Positions 48,299-59,379 of a stretch of DNA of 64,000 bases are shown here, piece by piece. The stretch comes from an uncultured Gammaproteobacteria bacterium (GTDB lineage Bacteria > Pseudomonadota > Gammaproteobacteria > GCA-002705445 > GCA-002716945): contig CACEHM010000004.1 in the NCBI GenBank assembly GCA_902559355.1, forward strand, positions 18,679-82,678, given 5' to 3'. The first letter of the stretch is position 1. Each line of letters begins with the position of its first letter. Both the position numbers and the translations under genes were made by a program. The notes beneath the pieces were generated by a model. That model was given only the letters and a program-made list of their open reading frames with translations, did not search any database and had not been told where the DNA came from.

Positions 48299-48694
48299 TT
48301 ATAGAAGCATTCCAAGAATAATAATTCCTATAACGAGAGTGAGCACATTCATCATTACACTGATTAAATGATACCTTTTGAACGCTTGTTCATTATTTGT
48401 GTCTCTTGCTTTGTTTATAATTGGTATAGACATTCTTCCAAGGATAGTTAAAACAGTCATCACTATTATTGAGTATAACAAATGGTTGTGTACAGGGTTA
48501 AATAACAGATAAATTATGGATATCACGCCGAGAACAATGCCAAAAACATAATACTTAGGGAAAAATGCTCTCAAAAAGATCCCTGCGTCTTTCTCACCTA
48601 GCGATTTGAATACTGTAGGCGCAACTACTGCTGAAAAGAAAATTATAGTTCCGCTCCATATCGAAATAATAATTATAATTGGATTAATGCCCAT
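48299..48694 (-). CDS. small integral membrane protein (DUF4149-like)
   Basis: Four hydrophobic segments and VVAPTVFKSL. I prefer the ATG at 48694 because GGAGG lies 5 nt upstream. The track's TTG at 48742 is unlikely. Confidence 0.4.
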   Translation of the reverse strand: MGINPIIIIISIWSGTIIFFSAVVAPTVFKSLGEKDAGIFLRAFFPKYYVFGIVLGVISIIYLLFNPVHNHLLYSIIVMTVLTILGRMSIPIINKARDTNNEQAFKRYHLISVMMNVLTLVIGIIILGMLL

Positions 48695-48767
48695 ATGTGA
48701 CCTCCGATGTCTGTTGTATATATTCTCATAAGTTACAACCAATTAAAATGTAACTTGATAAGGAAAA

Positions 48768-48840
48768 CACGCCTGGAAGGATTCGAACCTCCGACCGATG
48801 GTTTAGAAAACCATTGCTCTATCCCCTGAGCTACAGGCGC
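48768..48840 (-). tRNA. tRNA-Arg (anticodon UCU)
   Basis: Hand-folded 73-nt cloverleaf. Acceptor GCGCCTG/CAGGCGT, anticodon arm ATGGT-TTTCTAA-ACCAT, T arm GGAGG-TTCGAAT-CCTTC. No encoded CCA. Confidence 0.85.
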
Positions 48841-48841
48841 A

Positions 48842-49774
48842 TTATTCTTTATCTATGACTCTAAGTTTATCAGAGATATCCTTAGTAGGTTCTAAGTCAC
48901 CTATTGTACGCATTTTCTCAACTTTGGAAACAAGGTTTTTAGTTCTTGTTTTACCTGAAGCAATAGATTTATTCGCTTGCTCTAGAGATTTTTCAAAATC
49001 CTCAAAAGCATCGCCAACTAATCTTGTTTTATCATAGATTTCAGTAGCAGCTGATATAATAAGGTTTGTAGCTTCTGATTGTCTTTTACTACTCCATATT
49101 CTTGAAATTATCTGCAAAATAGCAATTAAAGTTGTGGGTCCAACGATTGCGATTTTTTCATTGGCTGCTTTTTTGATCATGTCTTCATCACAAGCAAGTA
49201 TGTAGGCTCCTTCGATGGGCATAAACATTACTATCAGATCAAGAGATTCATCATTAAATAGATTCCGGTAATTAGATGATGTTAAAGACTTTAGATGATT
49301 TTTAACAGAATTTTGATGTCTTTTGTAGAAGTTATCCTTATTTATTTGATCATTTGCATTCAGATACTCATTATAATCTGACAAGGAAACTTTAGAATCA
49401 ATAACTACTTTCTTGTTATCAGGCAATTTAACAATTATGTCGGGAATAGATCCCCCTATACCCTTCTGTTCATCATAATTAATGCCCTTTTTAAATCCAG
49501 CGCTCTCAAGTATAACTTTTAGATTAATTTCACCAAATTTACCAGCAACAGAGCCTCCCTTTGTGAGCAAAGTATACATTTCATTCATATTGTCTGAGCT
49601 CTTGCTTGTTGTCTGCTCCAATTGTTTAATTGAGTCTTTCAAATTCTCAAGTGAATTATCATATTTATTTGATAAATTATTATTATCTTTGGTATTTTTA
49701 ATTAGCTTAAACAGCAGATAGAGATTTATAGATATAAGAATGATTAATGCTAAATATTCTAAACTTATCGTCAT
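48842..49774 (-). CDS. rmuC: DNA recombination protein RmuC (short form)
   Basis: N-terminal TM helix and coiled-coil. PDIIVKLPDNKKVVIDSKVSL and MFMPIEGAY. Confidence 0.8.
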   Translation of the reverse strand: MTISLEYLALIILISINLYLLFKLIKNTKDNNNLSNKYDNSLENLKDSIKQLEQTTSKSSDNMNEMYTLLTKGGSVAGKFGEINLKVILESAGFKKGINYDEQKGIGGSIPDIIVKLPDNKKVVIDSKVSLSDYNEYLNANDQINKDNFYKRHQNSVKNHLKSLTSSNYRNLFNDESLDLIVMFMPIEGAYILACDEDMIKKAANEKIAIVGPTTLIAILQIISRIWSSKRQSEATNLIISAATEIYDKTRLVGDAFEDFEKSLEQANKSIASGKTRTKNLVSKVEKMRTIGDLEPTKDISDKLRVIDKE

Positions 49775-49878
49775 ATCTTATTATACACCTAAGAATAAAA
49801 TAGGTGATAATCCTTAATAGCTTTGATAATCTTTATTTTAGTAAATGAATTACGAGTCTTTAATCAGGGAGAATATTT

Positions 49879-51282
49879 ATGGTAAACAGTATTGTTTGGT
49901 TTAGGAATGATCTTAGGATTACCGATAATGCAGTCATAAATTACTCTTTAGAAAATAACCGAAAAGTCCTTCCTGTCTATATTTATGACCCCTCAACTTC
50001 ATTAGGATCTGCAAGCAAGTGGTGGCTTAAAAACAGCCTAATATCACTGAATAAATCGCTAAAAGGTAACCTAATAGTAATTGAAGGAGAACCCAGCAAG
50101 ATACTCCTAGATTTAGTGAATAAGAATAACATCAAAGAGATTCTTTGGAATGAGCGTTATTCAAAAGATGATAGAAGTCAAGATAATGAAATTAAAAATA
50201 TCATTAAAAATCATGAAGTTAATTTTATAACCTTTCACTCATGCTTACTAAAAAATCCACAAAATACACTTAAAAAAGATGCTACTCCTTTTAAAGTTTA
50301 TACCCCATTTTACAAACAACAATATCAGGGAATGACGTATGAATTATATAATTATAATACTGAGGAAATTGACTATATTGATTGTGGGCATAAGGAGCAA
50401 CACTTAAAAATTTTGGATGACTTTATAAAAACAGAGAAATGGCACGAAAAACTCCACGATAAATGGGTTCCTGGGGAAGCTGGTGCTCAGGAAAAATTAA
50501 AAGTGTTTCTATCAAATGGGTTAAATGGATACTCAGAAGGTAGAAACAGACCTGATAAACAGTATACGTCAATGTTATCTCCACATATACGATTTGGTGA
50601 AATATCAATTAGAGAAGTTGCTAAATCTATAGAGAATATAAATACAGAAGATGCTGAGATTTTTTATAAAGAACTTGTTTGGAGAGAATTCTCCTATCAT
50701 TTGCTCTATCACTTCCCTCATTTGGTGGATACAAATCTTCAGAAAAAATTTAATAAGTTTAAATGGCTGGATAATAAAAATCATCTTGAGAGTTGGCAAA
50801 AAGGTATGACCGGTTACCCAATAATTGATGCGGGCATGAGGCAGTTATATCAAACAGGCTATATGCATAACAGGGTCAGAATGATAGTGGGCTCGTTTTT
50901 GGTTAAAAACTTGATGCTGCACTGGAGTCATGGGCAAGAATGGTTTTGGGATACACTTGTAGATGCTGATATTGCAAGCAACAGCGCAAGTTGGCAATGG
51001 ATAGCAGGAACTGGTGCTGATGCAGCTCCATATTTTAGAATATTTAACCCGATTACGCAGAGTAAAAAATTTGATCCTGACGGTGTATATATCAAAAAAT
51101 ATGTTCATGAACTTAAAGATATTCCTAGTAATATCATACATATGCCATCAGATTGTGACGCAGAAACTTTAAAAAACTACGGTCTAATATTAGGTGAAGA
51201 TTATCCTTCTCCAATTGTTGATTTGTCAATAACAAGAGACAGAGCATTAAGTGCATTTAAAGAGCTGTCTACTGAAAAATAA
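49879..51282 (+). CDS. phrB: deoxyribodipyrimidine photolyase, class I CPD type
   Basis: IVWFRNDLRITDN, TGYPIIDAGMRQL, GYMHNRVRMIVGSFL, WQWIAGTGADAAPYFRIFNP. Confidence 0.9.
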   Translation: MVNSIVWFRNDLRITDNAVINYSLENNRKVLPVYIYDPSTSLGSASKWWLKNSLISLNKSLKGNLIVIEGEPSKILLDLVNKNNIKEILWNERYSKDDRSQDNEIKNIIKNHEVNFITFHSCLLKNPQNTLKKDATPFKVYTPFYKQQYQGMTYELYNYNTEEIDYIDCGHKEQHLKILDDFIKTEKWHEKLHDKWVPGEAGAQEKLKVFLSNGLNGYSEGRNRPDKQYTSMLSPHIRFGEISIREVAKSIENINTEDAEIFYKELVWREFSYHLLYHFPHLVDTNLQKKFNKFKWLDNKNHLESWQKGMTGYPIIDAGMRQLYQTGYMHNRVRMIVGSFLVKNLMLHWSHGQEWFWDTLVDADIASNSASWQWIAGTGADAAPYFRIFNPITQSKKFDPDGVYIKKYVHELKDIPSNIIHMPSDCDAETLKNYGLILGEDYPSPIVDLSITRDRALSAFKELSTEK

Positions 51283-51288
51283 AATATC

Positions 51289-51377
51289 TGGAGAAGGAGG
51301 GATTCGAACCCTCGATAGGGATTAAACCCTATAACACCTTAGCAGGGTGCCGCTTTCAGCCACTCAGCCACTTCTCC
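51289..51377 (-). tRNA. tRNA-Ser (anticodon GCU)
   Basis: Hand-folded 89-nt type II tRNA. Acceptor GGAGAAG/CTTCTCC, 3-bp D stem, anticodon loop CTGCTAA, long variable arm TAGGG-TTTAA-TCCCTA, T arm GAGGG-TTCGAAT-CCCTC. Confidence 0.85.
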
Positions 51378-51391
51378 GTGTTATCTGATGA

Positions 51392-51577
51392 TTACTTTGC
51401 AGCAGTTTCAGAAGATTCTTCGTTTATTTTCTCGTAGATTTCTTCTCTATGAACTTTAACGTCTTTTGGTGCATTTATACCTAATCTTATTTGACTGCCT
51501 TTCACCCCTAAAACGACAATCTTGGTGTCATCACCGACCATTAAAGCCTCTCCTACACGCCTAGTTAATATAAGCAT
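51392..51577 (-). CDS. csrA: carbon storage regulator
   Basis: [10 protein letters not shown]...[19 protein letters not shown]. Confidence 0.95.
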   Translation of the reverse strand: MLILTRRVGEALMVGDDTKIVVLGVKGSQIRLGINAPKDVKVHREEIYEKINEESSETAAK

Positions 51578-51606
51578 GGTACCCCCCTCCTTTTTATGCA
51601 GCCAGA

Positions 51607-52818
51607 TTATTTCCTTTCTAGCTTAAATTCATTATGTAACGCCTTTACAGCGTTTTCTAGGTTTTTTTGATCAATAACTACAGAAATTTTGATTTCTGAA
51701 GTGGAAATCATACGAATATTTATCTTTTTCTTGGCAAGACACGTAAACATTTGTCCTGCAATACCTGCATGCGATCTCATTCCTACCCCTATTAAAGATA
51801 CTTTAACTATATTTTTAGTTGCAGATACTTCTTGATAATTCATTTTTTTCTTATTTTTTTCAATAGTTTGTATAGCTTTATTAAAATCTTTTCTACTTAC
51901 AGTGAATGTAAAATCTGCAAGTCCGTCAGACCCTACGTTTTGTACTATCATGTCTACCTCGATATCAGCCTCGCCAATAGGACCCAATATAGAGGCAGCT
52001 ATACCAGGTGAGTCCTTAACACCTCTAATCATGATTTCAGACTCATCTTTTGCGAATGCTATTCCCGATATCAATGCATCTTCCACGTTTTTCTCCTCTT
52101 TTTTTATTAATGTGCCTTCACCATCTTTGTGAGCATGCATGACACGTAATGGTACATTATATTTACTTGCAAACTCAACTGCTCTTAATTGTAACACCTT
52201 AGATCCTAGCCCAGACATTTCAAGCATTTCCTCGTATGTTACATTGTCAATTTTTCTTGCTGTCTCACATACCCTGGGATCAGTTGTATATACGCCATCT
52301 ACATCTGTAAATATTTGGCATTCAGAGGCATTCAAGGCTGCCGCAATAGCTACAGCTGATGTGTCTGACCCACCTCTTCCTAATGTAGTTATTGAGCCGT
52401 TATTCACACCTTGGAAACCAGCAATAACCACAATTTTTTTCATTTTCAGAACTTGTTTTATCTTATTTGCATTTATACCTAATATTCTTGCAGTTGAGTG
52501 CGCATTATTTGTTTTAATACCAGCCTGCCAACCAGTATATGCGACTGAATCTTTGCCTAGGTCTTTGAGAGCCATGGACAATAACGAGATACTTATTTGC
52601 TCACCAGATGAAACAAGTAAATCATAATCTATTAAATTAGGATTTTTTGAACATTTTTTAGCTAGTGAAACTAGATTGTCAGTTGTTTTTCCCATAGCTG
52701 ACAAAACAATTACTAGTCTATTGCTATCAGACTCTTCTGCAATTTTTTTTGCAATGTTCTTTATTTTAGTTGGAGTGGCAACGGACGTCCCACCATATTT
52801 TTTTACAATCAATTTCAT
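51607..52818 (-). CDS. lysC: aspartate kinase
   Basis: [18 protein letters not shown], and tandem C-terminal ACT domains. Confidence 0.9.
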   Translation of the reverse strand: MKLIVKKYGGTSVATPTKIKNIAKKIAEESDSNRLVIVLSAMGKTTDNLVSLAKKCSKNPNLIDYDLLVSSGEQISISLLSMALKDLGKDSVAYTGWQAGIKTNNAHSTARILGINANKIKQVLKMKKIVVIAGFQGVNNGSITTLGRGGSDTSAVAIAAALNASECQIFTDVDGVYTTDPRVCETARKIDNVTYEEMLEMSGLGSKVLQLRAVEFASKYNVPLRVMHAHKDGEGTLIKKEEKNVEDALISGIAFAKDESEIMIRGVKDSPGIAASILGPIGEADIEVDMIVQNVGSDGLADFTFTVSRKDFNKAIQTIEKNKKKMNYQEVSATKNIVKVSLIGVGMRSHAGIAGQMFTCLAKKKINIRMISTSEIKISVVIDQKNLENAVKALHNEFKLERK

Positions 52819-55388
52819 TAAACTATTTCTTTTATATATTTTTTAACAGATTCACTTTTACACTTGCTCAAAATGCTTGTTGCAAAAGTATCGCTGCCAC
52901 CGCCTTTACCGGAAAATTTATCATTAATCATCTTTGATAATTTTTTCGCATTATAGCTAGAAATAATATTTTTAGAAACTGAAATATAGCAGTTTAAATT
53001 TTCAGGTGACGGTACAATGAAAAAAGAAATGCATTTATCATTTTTTGATTTAGCCATATCAGATAAAAGTCTGATTTCATTAGTATCAATATCCTTTAAT
53101 GATTCAATAAAAATTATAATTCCATCTTTGGTAGTAAGAGGTTTATATGAGGCTAATAAGTTAGTCAGATAATCTTTAGAATAAATGCTATTTTTTTTCT
53201 TAAGATTCTTATTTTCATCTCTGAGAAAATTAAGTTTATTCAAAACATTATCAGATGTAGCCTGAAGGTCTTTATAGATGTTATTGAGTATGGAGAGATT
53301 ATGATTAAAATAAGAGAGTACAGATGGGCCTGTGACACACTCAACTCTTCTAACACCATTAGCTACACTTGATTGATTAATGATTTTGAATACTCCTATC
53401 TCAGATGTACTTTTAACATGAGTTCCACCACAAAGTTCAACAGAGTCCGTACCGATACTTATAACACGAACATTGTCATCATATTTCTCATCAAAAAATG
53501 CTAATGCACCGGACTCTATAGCTTTATCAAATGGTAATACCTTACTTTGAGTTTCACTAGATAGAGAAATTTCTTTATTTACTGAGACCTCTATATCATT
53601 TAACTCTTTTTCACTTAGAGCTTTATTATGAGTAAAATCAAACCGAAAACCTTTGTCAGTAACAGATGAACCTCTTTGTTGAACATGTATTCCTAATGTT
53701 TTCCTAAGATAATGATGTAATAAATGTGTAGATGAATGATTGGAGGTTACCTTACTCCTATGATTATCATCAAAACTGGTTATAAGTTTATCTTTAATGT
53801 TCGCTTCACCTGAGAGTAAATTACAAACATGAATAATTGTGTCATTGATTTTTTGTACATCTATAACTTCAAATAAACATTTACTAGAAGAAATAGTTCC
53901 TATATCAGATATTTGTCCTCCTCCCTCAGGATAAAATGTAGTGTGTGATAGAATCAATAAGTATTCTTCATTTACATTGGATGCTTTTGTGACTTTTTTA
54001 TTATTAAGATATAGATCTATTAAAATACCTTCATGATTATTTCTGTTATAGCCTAAAAATTCTGTTGTGTGACTTGTCGTTAAATTATTAATTGATTTTT
54101 CAGAGAAAGATTTACTTTTTCTTGCTTTATTTTTTTGCTCTAACATAAGATTATCATAGCCTTTTTTATCAAGTGTTATACTTTTCTCTGAAGCTATCTC
54201 TTCTGTTATTTCATAGGGGAAACCATAGGTATCATATAAAGTGAATATCATTTCAGCATCTAGGGATTTATGTTTTTTTAGATGGCTCTCGATAATATCT
54301 ATTCCTTTGCCTAAAGTCTTAAGATATTTAGTTTCTTCAGATTTAATAGTATCTACAATTTTAATGATATCTTTTTTTAAGCTAGGAAAGTCTTTACTTT
54401 TTTCACATACAACTTCTGCACATTGATATAAGAATGGCTCTTTAATGTTGTGTTTATATATAAAGCGTGAAGATCTTCTCAGAATACGCCTTAAAACATA
54501 TCCTCTTCCCTCTCTGTCGGGGATAACATTATCACTGATAAGATGACAACACGCACGAATATGATCCAGCAGAATCTTTTTTACATACTTTTCTTTAACT
54601 TTAAGATTAAGTTTTGAATCTATAAAATTATTCAAATCTAGAAAAATTGAAGAATCGTAATTATCAGATAAACCCTCAACAATTGATTGAACTCTCTCTA
54701 AGCCCATTCCTGTATCAACACATTTTTGCGGAAGTTCTTCGAGATTACCTGAAGAAGTTTGATTATATTGCGTGAAAACAAGGTTCCATATTTCTATATA
54801 TCTGTCTTTAGGATCTCCCTCAGTAGGAAGAACTCCATCATACTTACTGCCCAAATCATAATATATTTCTGTGCATGGACCGCATGGTCCTGTATCTCCC
54901 ATCTGCCAAAAATTATCCTTGTCTCCTAAAACTAAGACTTTATCAGGATCAACTTTTATATTGTTTAACCATATATCCTTAGATACATCATCTGATTCAT
55001 GAACAGAAACATAAAGTTTTTTACTATCAAGTTTTAAATCATTCGTTAGAAAATCCCATGCATAATGAATAGCTTCCTCTTTAAAATAATCACCGAAACT
55101 GAAATTACCTAACATTTCAAAAAATGAATGATGCCTGGTTGTAAAGCCTATATTATCTAAATCATTATGTTTGCCACCTGCACGCATACACTTTTGACAA
55201 CTAACAATTGTTTTGTGCTTAGGTTTCAAGTTTCCTAGAAATATATCTTTAAACTGTACCATCCCAGAATTGACAAATAATAATGATTTATCGTTATTTG
55301 GTATTAATGAACTAGATGGATACTCTGTATGACCTTTACTTTTAAAGTAATCAATAAATAGTTTTTTAACATTCATCTTTTTGTTCAT
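52818..55388 (-). CDS. alaS: alanine--tRNA ligase
   Basis: FTQYN, editing-domain HSSTHLLH, C-terminal DHHA1-like GKGGG. The start may instead be the ATG at 55376. Confidence 0.95.
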   Translation of the reverse strand: MNKKMNVKKLFIDYFKSKGHTEYPSSSLIPNNDKSLLFVNSGMVQFKDIFLGNLKPKHKTIVSCQKCMRAGGKHNDLDNIGFTTRHHSFFEMLGNFSFGDYFKEEAIHYAWDFLTNDLKLDSKKLYVSVHESDDVSKDIWLNNIKVDPDKVLVLGDKDNFWQMGDTGPCGPCTEIYYDLGSKYDGVLPTEGDPKDRYIEIWNLVFTQYNQTSSGNLEELPQKCVDTGMGLERVQSIVEGLSDNYDSSIFLDLNNFIDSKLNLKVKEKYVKKILLDHIRACCHLISDNVIPDREGRGYVLRRILRRSSRFIYKHNIKEPFLYQCAEVVCEKSKDFPSLKKDIIKIVDTIKSEETKYLKTLGKGIDIIESHLKKHKSLDAEMIFTLYDTYGFPYEITEEIASEKSITLDKKGYDNLMLEQKNKARKSKSFSEKSINNLTTSHTTEFLGYNRNNHEGILIDLYLNNKKVTKASNVNEEYLLILSHTTFYPEGGGQISDIGTISSSKCLFEVIDVQKINDTIIHVCNLLSGEANIKDKLITSFDDNHRSKVTSNHSSTHLLHHYLRKTLGIHVQQRGSSVTDKGFRFDFTHNKALSEKELNDIEVSVNKEISLSSETQSKVLPFDKAIESGALAFFDEKYDDNVRVISIGTDSVELCGGTHVKSTSEIGVFKIINQSSVANGVRRVECVTGPSVLSYFNHNLSILNNIYKDLQATSDNVLNKLNFLRDENKNLKKKNSIYSKDYLTNLLASYKPLTTKDGIIIFIESLKDIDTNEIRLLSDMAKSKNDKCISFFIVPSPENLNCYISVSKNIISSYNAKKLSKMINDKFSGKGGGSDTFATSILSKCKSESVKKYIKEIV

Positions 55389-55827
55389 CTATTGCATATT
55401 TTATCATTTTATGTTCAAACCCACGACTAATTAAAAAAGAATATATTTTATCTTTATCTTCGATAGAGATTGAAGATCCATTGAGTTTTTTTTTAAGAGC
55501 AAGGAAAGCTACTTTGCACCATTCTTGATAAGATATTTCAGAAATTTTTTTATTTATTATACTGTCTGTAATACCTCTTAATACGAGTTCGGATGATATT
55601 AATCGAGGACCTTTATTTTTTTTTAATTTAGATCTTATAAACTCTTCAGTAAAACGAATATCAGATTGGATATCTTTTGAAGAAAATTCATCAATACAAT
55701 CTCTTATATTATCTAAGTCATGTCCTTTTTGAGATAGCTTATTCTTCAGCTCTAACTTTGAGTGCTCTCTAATGCTAAGATATTTTGTAATAAGTTTAGT
55801 TATATCGCTATTCAGATTCTTCGGCAT
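55366..55827 (-). CDS. recX: recombination regulator RecX
   Basis: Size, helical-repeat composition ([16 protein letters not shown]) and position directly after recA. Confidence 0.75.
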   Translation of the reverse strand: MPKNLNSDITKLITKYLSIREHSKLELKNKLSQKGHDLDNIRDCIDEFSSKDIQSDIRFTEEFIRSKLKKNKGPRLISSELVLRGITDSIINKKISEISYQEWCKVAFLALKKKLNGSSISIEDKDKIYSFLISRGFEHKMIKYAIDEQKDEC

Positions 55828-56845
55828 CTTCCTTGGCAGTGTCTTTTACAACTTCTTTACCTTGAGTTATAGCAATAATTTTACTTTCAATTTCACTTGC
55901 AATATCAACATTATCTTTTAAAAAGATTCGAGAATTTTCTTTGCCTTGTCCAATCCTTTCACTTCCATAGCTATACCATGCTCCAGCTTTGTCAACTATA
56001 TTATGCTTTACACCTAGATCAATAAGCTCTGACTCTTTAGAAACACCCTGTCCATAGTAAATATCAAATTCAGCAATTTTAAATGGTGGTGCGACTTTAT
56101 TTTTTACTACTTTAACTCTTGTTTCATTTCCGATAATTTCATCACCTTGTTTAATAGCGCCTATTCGTCTTATATCCATTCTCACTGATGAATAAAATTT
56201 TAGAGCATTACCGCCTGTAGTAGTTTCGGGACTTCCAAACATTACCCCAATTTTCATTCTTATCTGATTAATAAATATTAAAAGTGTATTTGATTTTTTT
56301 ATATTAGCTGTTAATTTTCTTAAAGCCTGCGACATTAATCTAGCTTGCAACCCCATATGAGAATCACCCATATCTCCATCGATTTCTGCTTTAGGTGTTA
56401 GAGCGGCTACAGAGTCGATAACGAGAGTTGAGATCGCCCCTGACCTGACTAGTGTGTCTGCAATTTCAAGAGCTTGTTCACCTGAATCAGGCTGTGATAA
56501 GAGTAGTTCGTCAATATTAACACCTAAGTTTTCAGCATATTTTGGATCAAGAGCGTGCTCGGCATCTATAAATGCTGCTGTTCCACCTTGTTTTTGCGCT
56601 TGAGCAATCACCTGAAGTGCCATAGTTGTTTTACCAGAGGACTCTGGTCCGTAAATTTCAACTACCCTCCCTTTTGGAAGGCCACCTATGCCCAATGCAG
56701 TATCAAGAGTAAGAGAACCAGTTGATATTGATTCAATATCAGGATAAGCAGAACCTGCACCTAGTTTCATTAAAGCTCCCTTTCCGTGGTCTTTTTCTAT
56801 CTGACTAATTGCAGAATCTAGTGCTTTTTGTGTATTCTCTTCCAT
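55808..56845 (-). CDS. recA: recombinase RecA
   Basis: [27 protein letters not shown]. Confidence 0.97.
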   Translation of the reverse strand: MEENTQKALDSAISQIEKDHGKGALMKLGAGSAYPDIESISTGSLTLDTALGIGGLPKGRVVEIYGPESSGKTTMALQVIAQAQKQGGTAAFIDAEHALDPKYAENLGVNIDELLLSQPDSGEQALEIADTLVRSGAISTLVIDSVAALTPKAEIDGDMGDSHMGLQARLMSQALRKLTANIKKSNTLLIFINQIRMKIGVMFGSPETTTGGNALKFYSSVRMDIRRIGAIKQGDEIIGNETRVKVVKNKVAPPFKIAEFDIYYGQGVSKESELIDLGVKHNIVDKAGAWYSYGSERIGQGKENSRIFLKDNVDIASEIESKIIAITQGKEVVKDTAKEDAEESE

Positions 56846-56874
56846 TTTTCTCCTCAGGTAATCTTTTGAATAAT

Positions 56875-57369
56875 CTATGATAGCAAGTAATTTTTATGAA
56901 TGAAATCGGATAAACAGTTAAAAGCAAAATATACAGTACTCATGCGATTATTAAGTCTTGATCCTTCAAGAAGAAAGTGTGATGTCAGCTCATTGTCTAA
57001 CGACATAACAGTTATATAGACCTGACAATCTTTAGTAGAAGCATCATCATTTTTCTCCATTATACCTGTAACTGATAAAGCTATGTCGGTATCTATGACT
57101 TTCAATAATCCTTTAGCCATAGCGCTAGAGACTTCTTTTGAGACTGCGCCATGTTCATGTATCAGCTCTGACGATATGTTTAAAATACTTGACTTTACAT
57201 TGTTGGAATATGCAATTACTGAGCCTCTGTAATATTTGGAAGAATTAGATTGATCAGTTATTAGTTTTGAAATGAAACCGCCTGTACATGATTCAGCCGT
57301 AGCAATACTAAGTTCTTGTTGGATACACAATTCATGCAGTTTTTTTAGTTCTTCTTCTAAGGTATTCAT
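56875..57369 (-). CDS. pncC: nicotinamide-nucleotide amidohydrolase (CinA C-terminal domain)
   Basis: [10 protein letters not shown]. About 165 aa. Sits upstream of recA as in E. coli. Confidence 0.8.
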   Translation of the reverse strand: MNTLEEELKKLHELCIQQELSIATAESCTGGFISKLITDQSNSSKYYRGSVIAYSNNVKSSILNISSELIHEHGAVSKEVSSAMAKGLLKVIDTDIALSVTGIMEKNDDASTKDCQVYITVMSLDNELTSHFLLEGSRLNNRMSTVYFAFNCLSDFIHKNYLLS

Positions 57370-57414
57370 ATATAATTGTTATAGTTTATTATAGATGCAA
57401 TTAAGAGAAATATA

Positions 57415-58254
57415 TTGAAGAAGTTTAAGAAAATTTTGATTTATACATCATCATCTTTTCTGGGGAAAAAAGAGACGAAGGGTGTTATTAAATATTTATC
57501 TAAAAAATGCTCTTGTGTAGATGTACACACGCTCGAATTAGAAAATAATGATATTAAAACAATTAAATATGATCTTGTTTTATCCATAGGTGGTGATGGT
57601 GTTTTTATAGCTGCATCTAAATATGCATATAAAAAATCTATACCTGTACTTGGTTTAAATTTTGGTAGATTAGGATTTTTAGCTGACCTTGATAAAAAAC
57701 ATTTTCAATCTAAAATACTAGAAGTACTTGATGGCAATTATACTATCGACAAAAGAACTATGCTTATGGGTACCGTGTCATCTGAAAATACCGTGCATAA
57801 GTCGATAGCACTGAATGATATAGTTGTAAATAACTTTGGAAAATTAAAAATGATTGAGATGGATATTTATGTAAATCAGAATCTCATAAATAAACAAAGG
57901 TCTGATGGTGTTATCGTTGCATCTCCCACTGGATCTACAGCATATGCAATGTCAAATGGCTGTCCTATAGTAAGTCCACAATCTAATGTAATATGTATTG
58001 TACCCATCGCCCCACATTCATACGGACAAAGATCAGTAATAATAAATAATACCGATACGATTACAATAAAAGTTAATAAGAAATCTATTGGAAATTCACA
58101 AGTGACATTTGATGGTGCCAATAACTTAACAATAAAGAACCCGAATGATATTTTTATTAAAAAGGCGAGTAGACAGCTTCAAATAATTCATCCATGTGAT
58201 TATGATTATTTCAATGTATTATCAAAAAAATTACGATATGACATCAAATCTTAG
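57415..58254 (+). CDS. nadK: NAD kinase
   Basis: GGDG and ASPTGSTAY motifs. TTG start. Confidence 0.85.
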   Translation: MKKFKKILIYTSSSFLGKKETKGVIKYLSKKCSCVDVHTLELENNDIKTIKYDLVLSIGGDGVFIAASKYAYKKSIPVLGLNFGRLGFLADLDKKHFQSKILEVLDGNYTIDKRTMLMGTVSSENTVHKSIALNDIVVNNFGKLKMIEMDIYVNQNLINKQRSDGVIVASPTGSTAYAMSNGCPIVSPQSNVICIVPIAPHSYGQRSVIINNTDTITIKVNKKSIGNSQVTFDGANNLTIKNPNDIFIKKASRQLQIIHPCDYDYFNVLSKKLRYDIKS

Positions 58255-58256
58255 TA

Positions 58257-58697
58257 TTATTTAAGATTCTTACAGTCTTTTTTATTGCAATTGCCAAATA
58301 ACGTCATTACATGGGACTCTAGTGAAAAATTATATTTTTTCGATATGTGTTCTTGTAGTTTTTCAAGATCTTCATTTACAAATTCAATTATACTTCCACA
58401 TTTAGTACAGATCAAATGATCATGATGCGACTTCTTTAGTTCATACGCGGAATGATTTTCTTGAAAATTATTCTTTTGAATTAGATCTGCCATCTCAAGT
58501 TGGGTTAATACTCTATATATAGTGGCTAATCCAATAGTCTCGCCATTGTCAGTCAATATGTCTTTTAACTTGTCAGCAGTATAGTGCTCATCAGGAGAGT
58601 TCTGGAATAACTCTAAGATTTTACATCGGGAATGAGTAACCTTTAATCCAGCCTCTTTAAGCTTTTCTATATTTTCATTTTTTTTGATATAACTCAT
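58257..58697 (-). CDS. fur: ferric uptake regulator
   Basis: ATIYRVL and HHDHLICTKCG. Confidence 0.9.
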   Translation of the reverse strand: MSYIKKNENIEKLKEAGLKVTHSRCKILELFQNSPDEHYTADKLKDILTDNGETIGLATIYRVLTQLEMADLIQKNNFQENHSAYELKKSHHDHLICTKCGSIIEFVNEDLEKLQEHISKKYNFSLESHVMTLFGNCNKKDCKNLK

Positions 58698-58945
58698 AGG
58701 TTTTTAGCTCTTTTTACTCTTTTAATTTTTGGGTCTGCAACTATGTCATCATAAAATTCTACCCTATCTTTATCCTGAAGTGTATAAGATAACTGCTGAA
58801 TTTTACCATATACACCAATTTTATAATGCTCAGCATCGAGTTTTAAAATATTATTTACTAGTTCCTGAATTGTAGTCCCTTTTTCAAGAGTCAGGTACTG
58901 AGATTTATGATCTTTATTATTATTTATTATTTCTATATCAATCAT
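58694..58945 (-). CDS. rnfH: RnfH-family ubiquitin-fold protein
   Basis: GVYGK...LQDKDRVEFY...DPKIKRVKRA matches RnfH/UPF0125. Confidence 0.7.
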   Translation of the reverse strand: MIDIEIINNNKDHKSQYLTLEKGTTIQELVNNILKLDAEHYKIGVYGKIQQLSYTLQDKDRVEFYDDIVADPKIKRVKRAKNL

Positions 58946-59375
58946 TATATTTAATTTTGAATGCTTGGTCGATGAAGGATTTAAGAATTGAGTTCATTAT
59001 GCTATGAAAGATTGGCTCGATTGATATTTCAATTAGAGAGCTTTTGAATTTATAATCAATCTCCAAAGTAACGTGTGTATTATTTTTATCTATAGATTTA
59101 AAAGACCACTTCCCATTGAGTTCATCAAAGGGGCCATCTATCAAAGAAAGAGTAATAGATTTATTAACATCAATTAGATTTTTTGTAGAAAAGTTCCATT
59201 TAATAAAACTTTTTGATATGAAGATTTTACCAATATTAGTATTTTCTGATTCTTTAGTTACTTCAGTCTTAGTACACCATGGTAAAAAATTTGGATAATC
59301 TTCAACGCTATTGATAAGGTTAAATATTGTTTGTACATCAACATTAATTTCTTCTTGCTTATATATTTTTTTCAT
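58938..59375 (-). CDS. ratA: SRPBCC-fold RatA/COQ10-like protein
   Basis: VEDYPNFLPWC and LIDGPFDELNGKWSF. Paired with rnfH as in E. coli ratA-ratB. Confidence 0.7.
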   Translation of the reverse strand: MKKIYKQEEINVDVQTIFNLINSVEDYPNFLPWCTKTEVTKESENTNIGKIFISKSFIKWNFSTKNLIDVNKSITLSLIDGPFDELNGKWSFKSIDKNNTHVTLEIDYKFKSSLIEISIEPIFHSIMNSILKSFIDQAFKIKYND

Positions 59376-59379
59376 TTTT

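Noticed and set aside
49786-49806. 6-bp inverted repeat CACCTA-N9-TAGGTG in the rmuC/phrB divergent spacer, as a possible operator.
   Set aside because: It is short and unsupported by any known regulator motif, so it could easily be chance.
56914-56938. SOS-box-like half site (minus strand TACTGTATATTTTGCTTTTAACTGT) about 70-90 nt upstream of recA, inside the pncC 3' end.
   Set aside because: Only the CTGT half matches. The partner after N8 is CTTT, not ACAG, so there is no palindrome.
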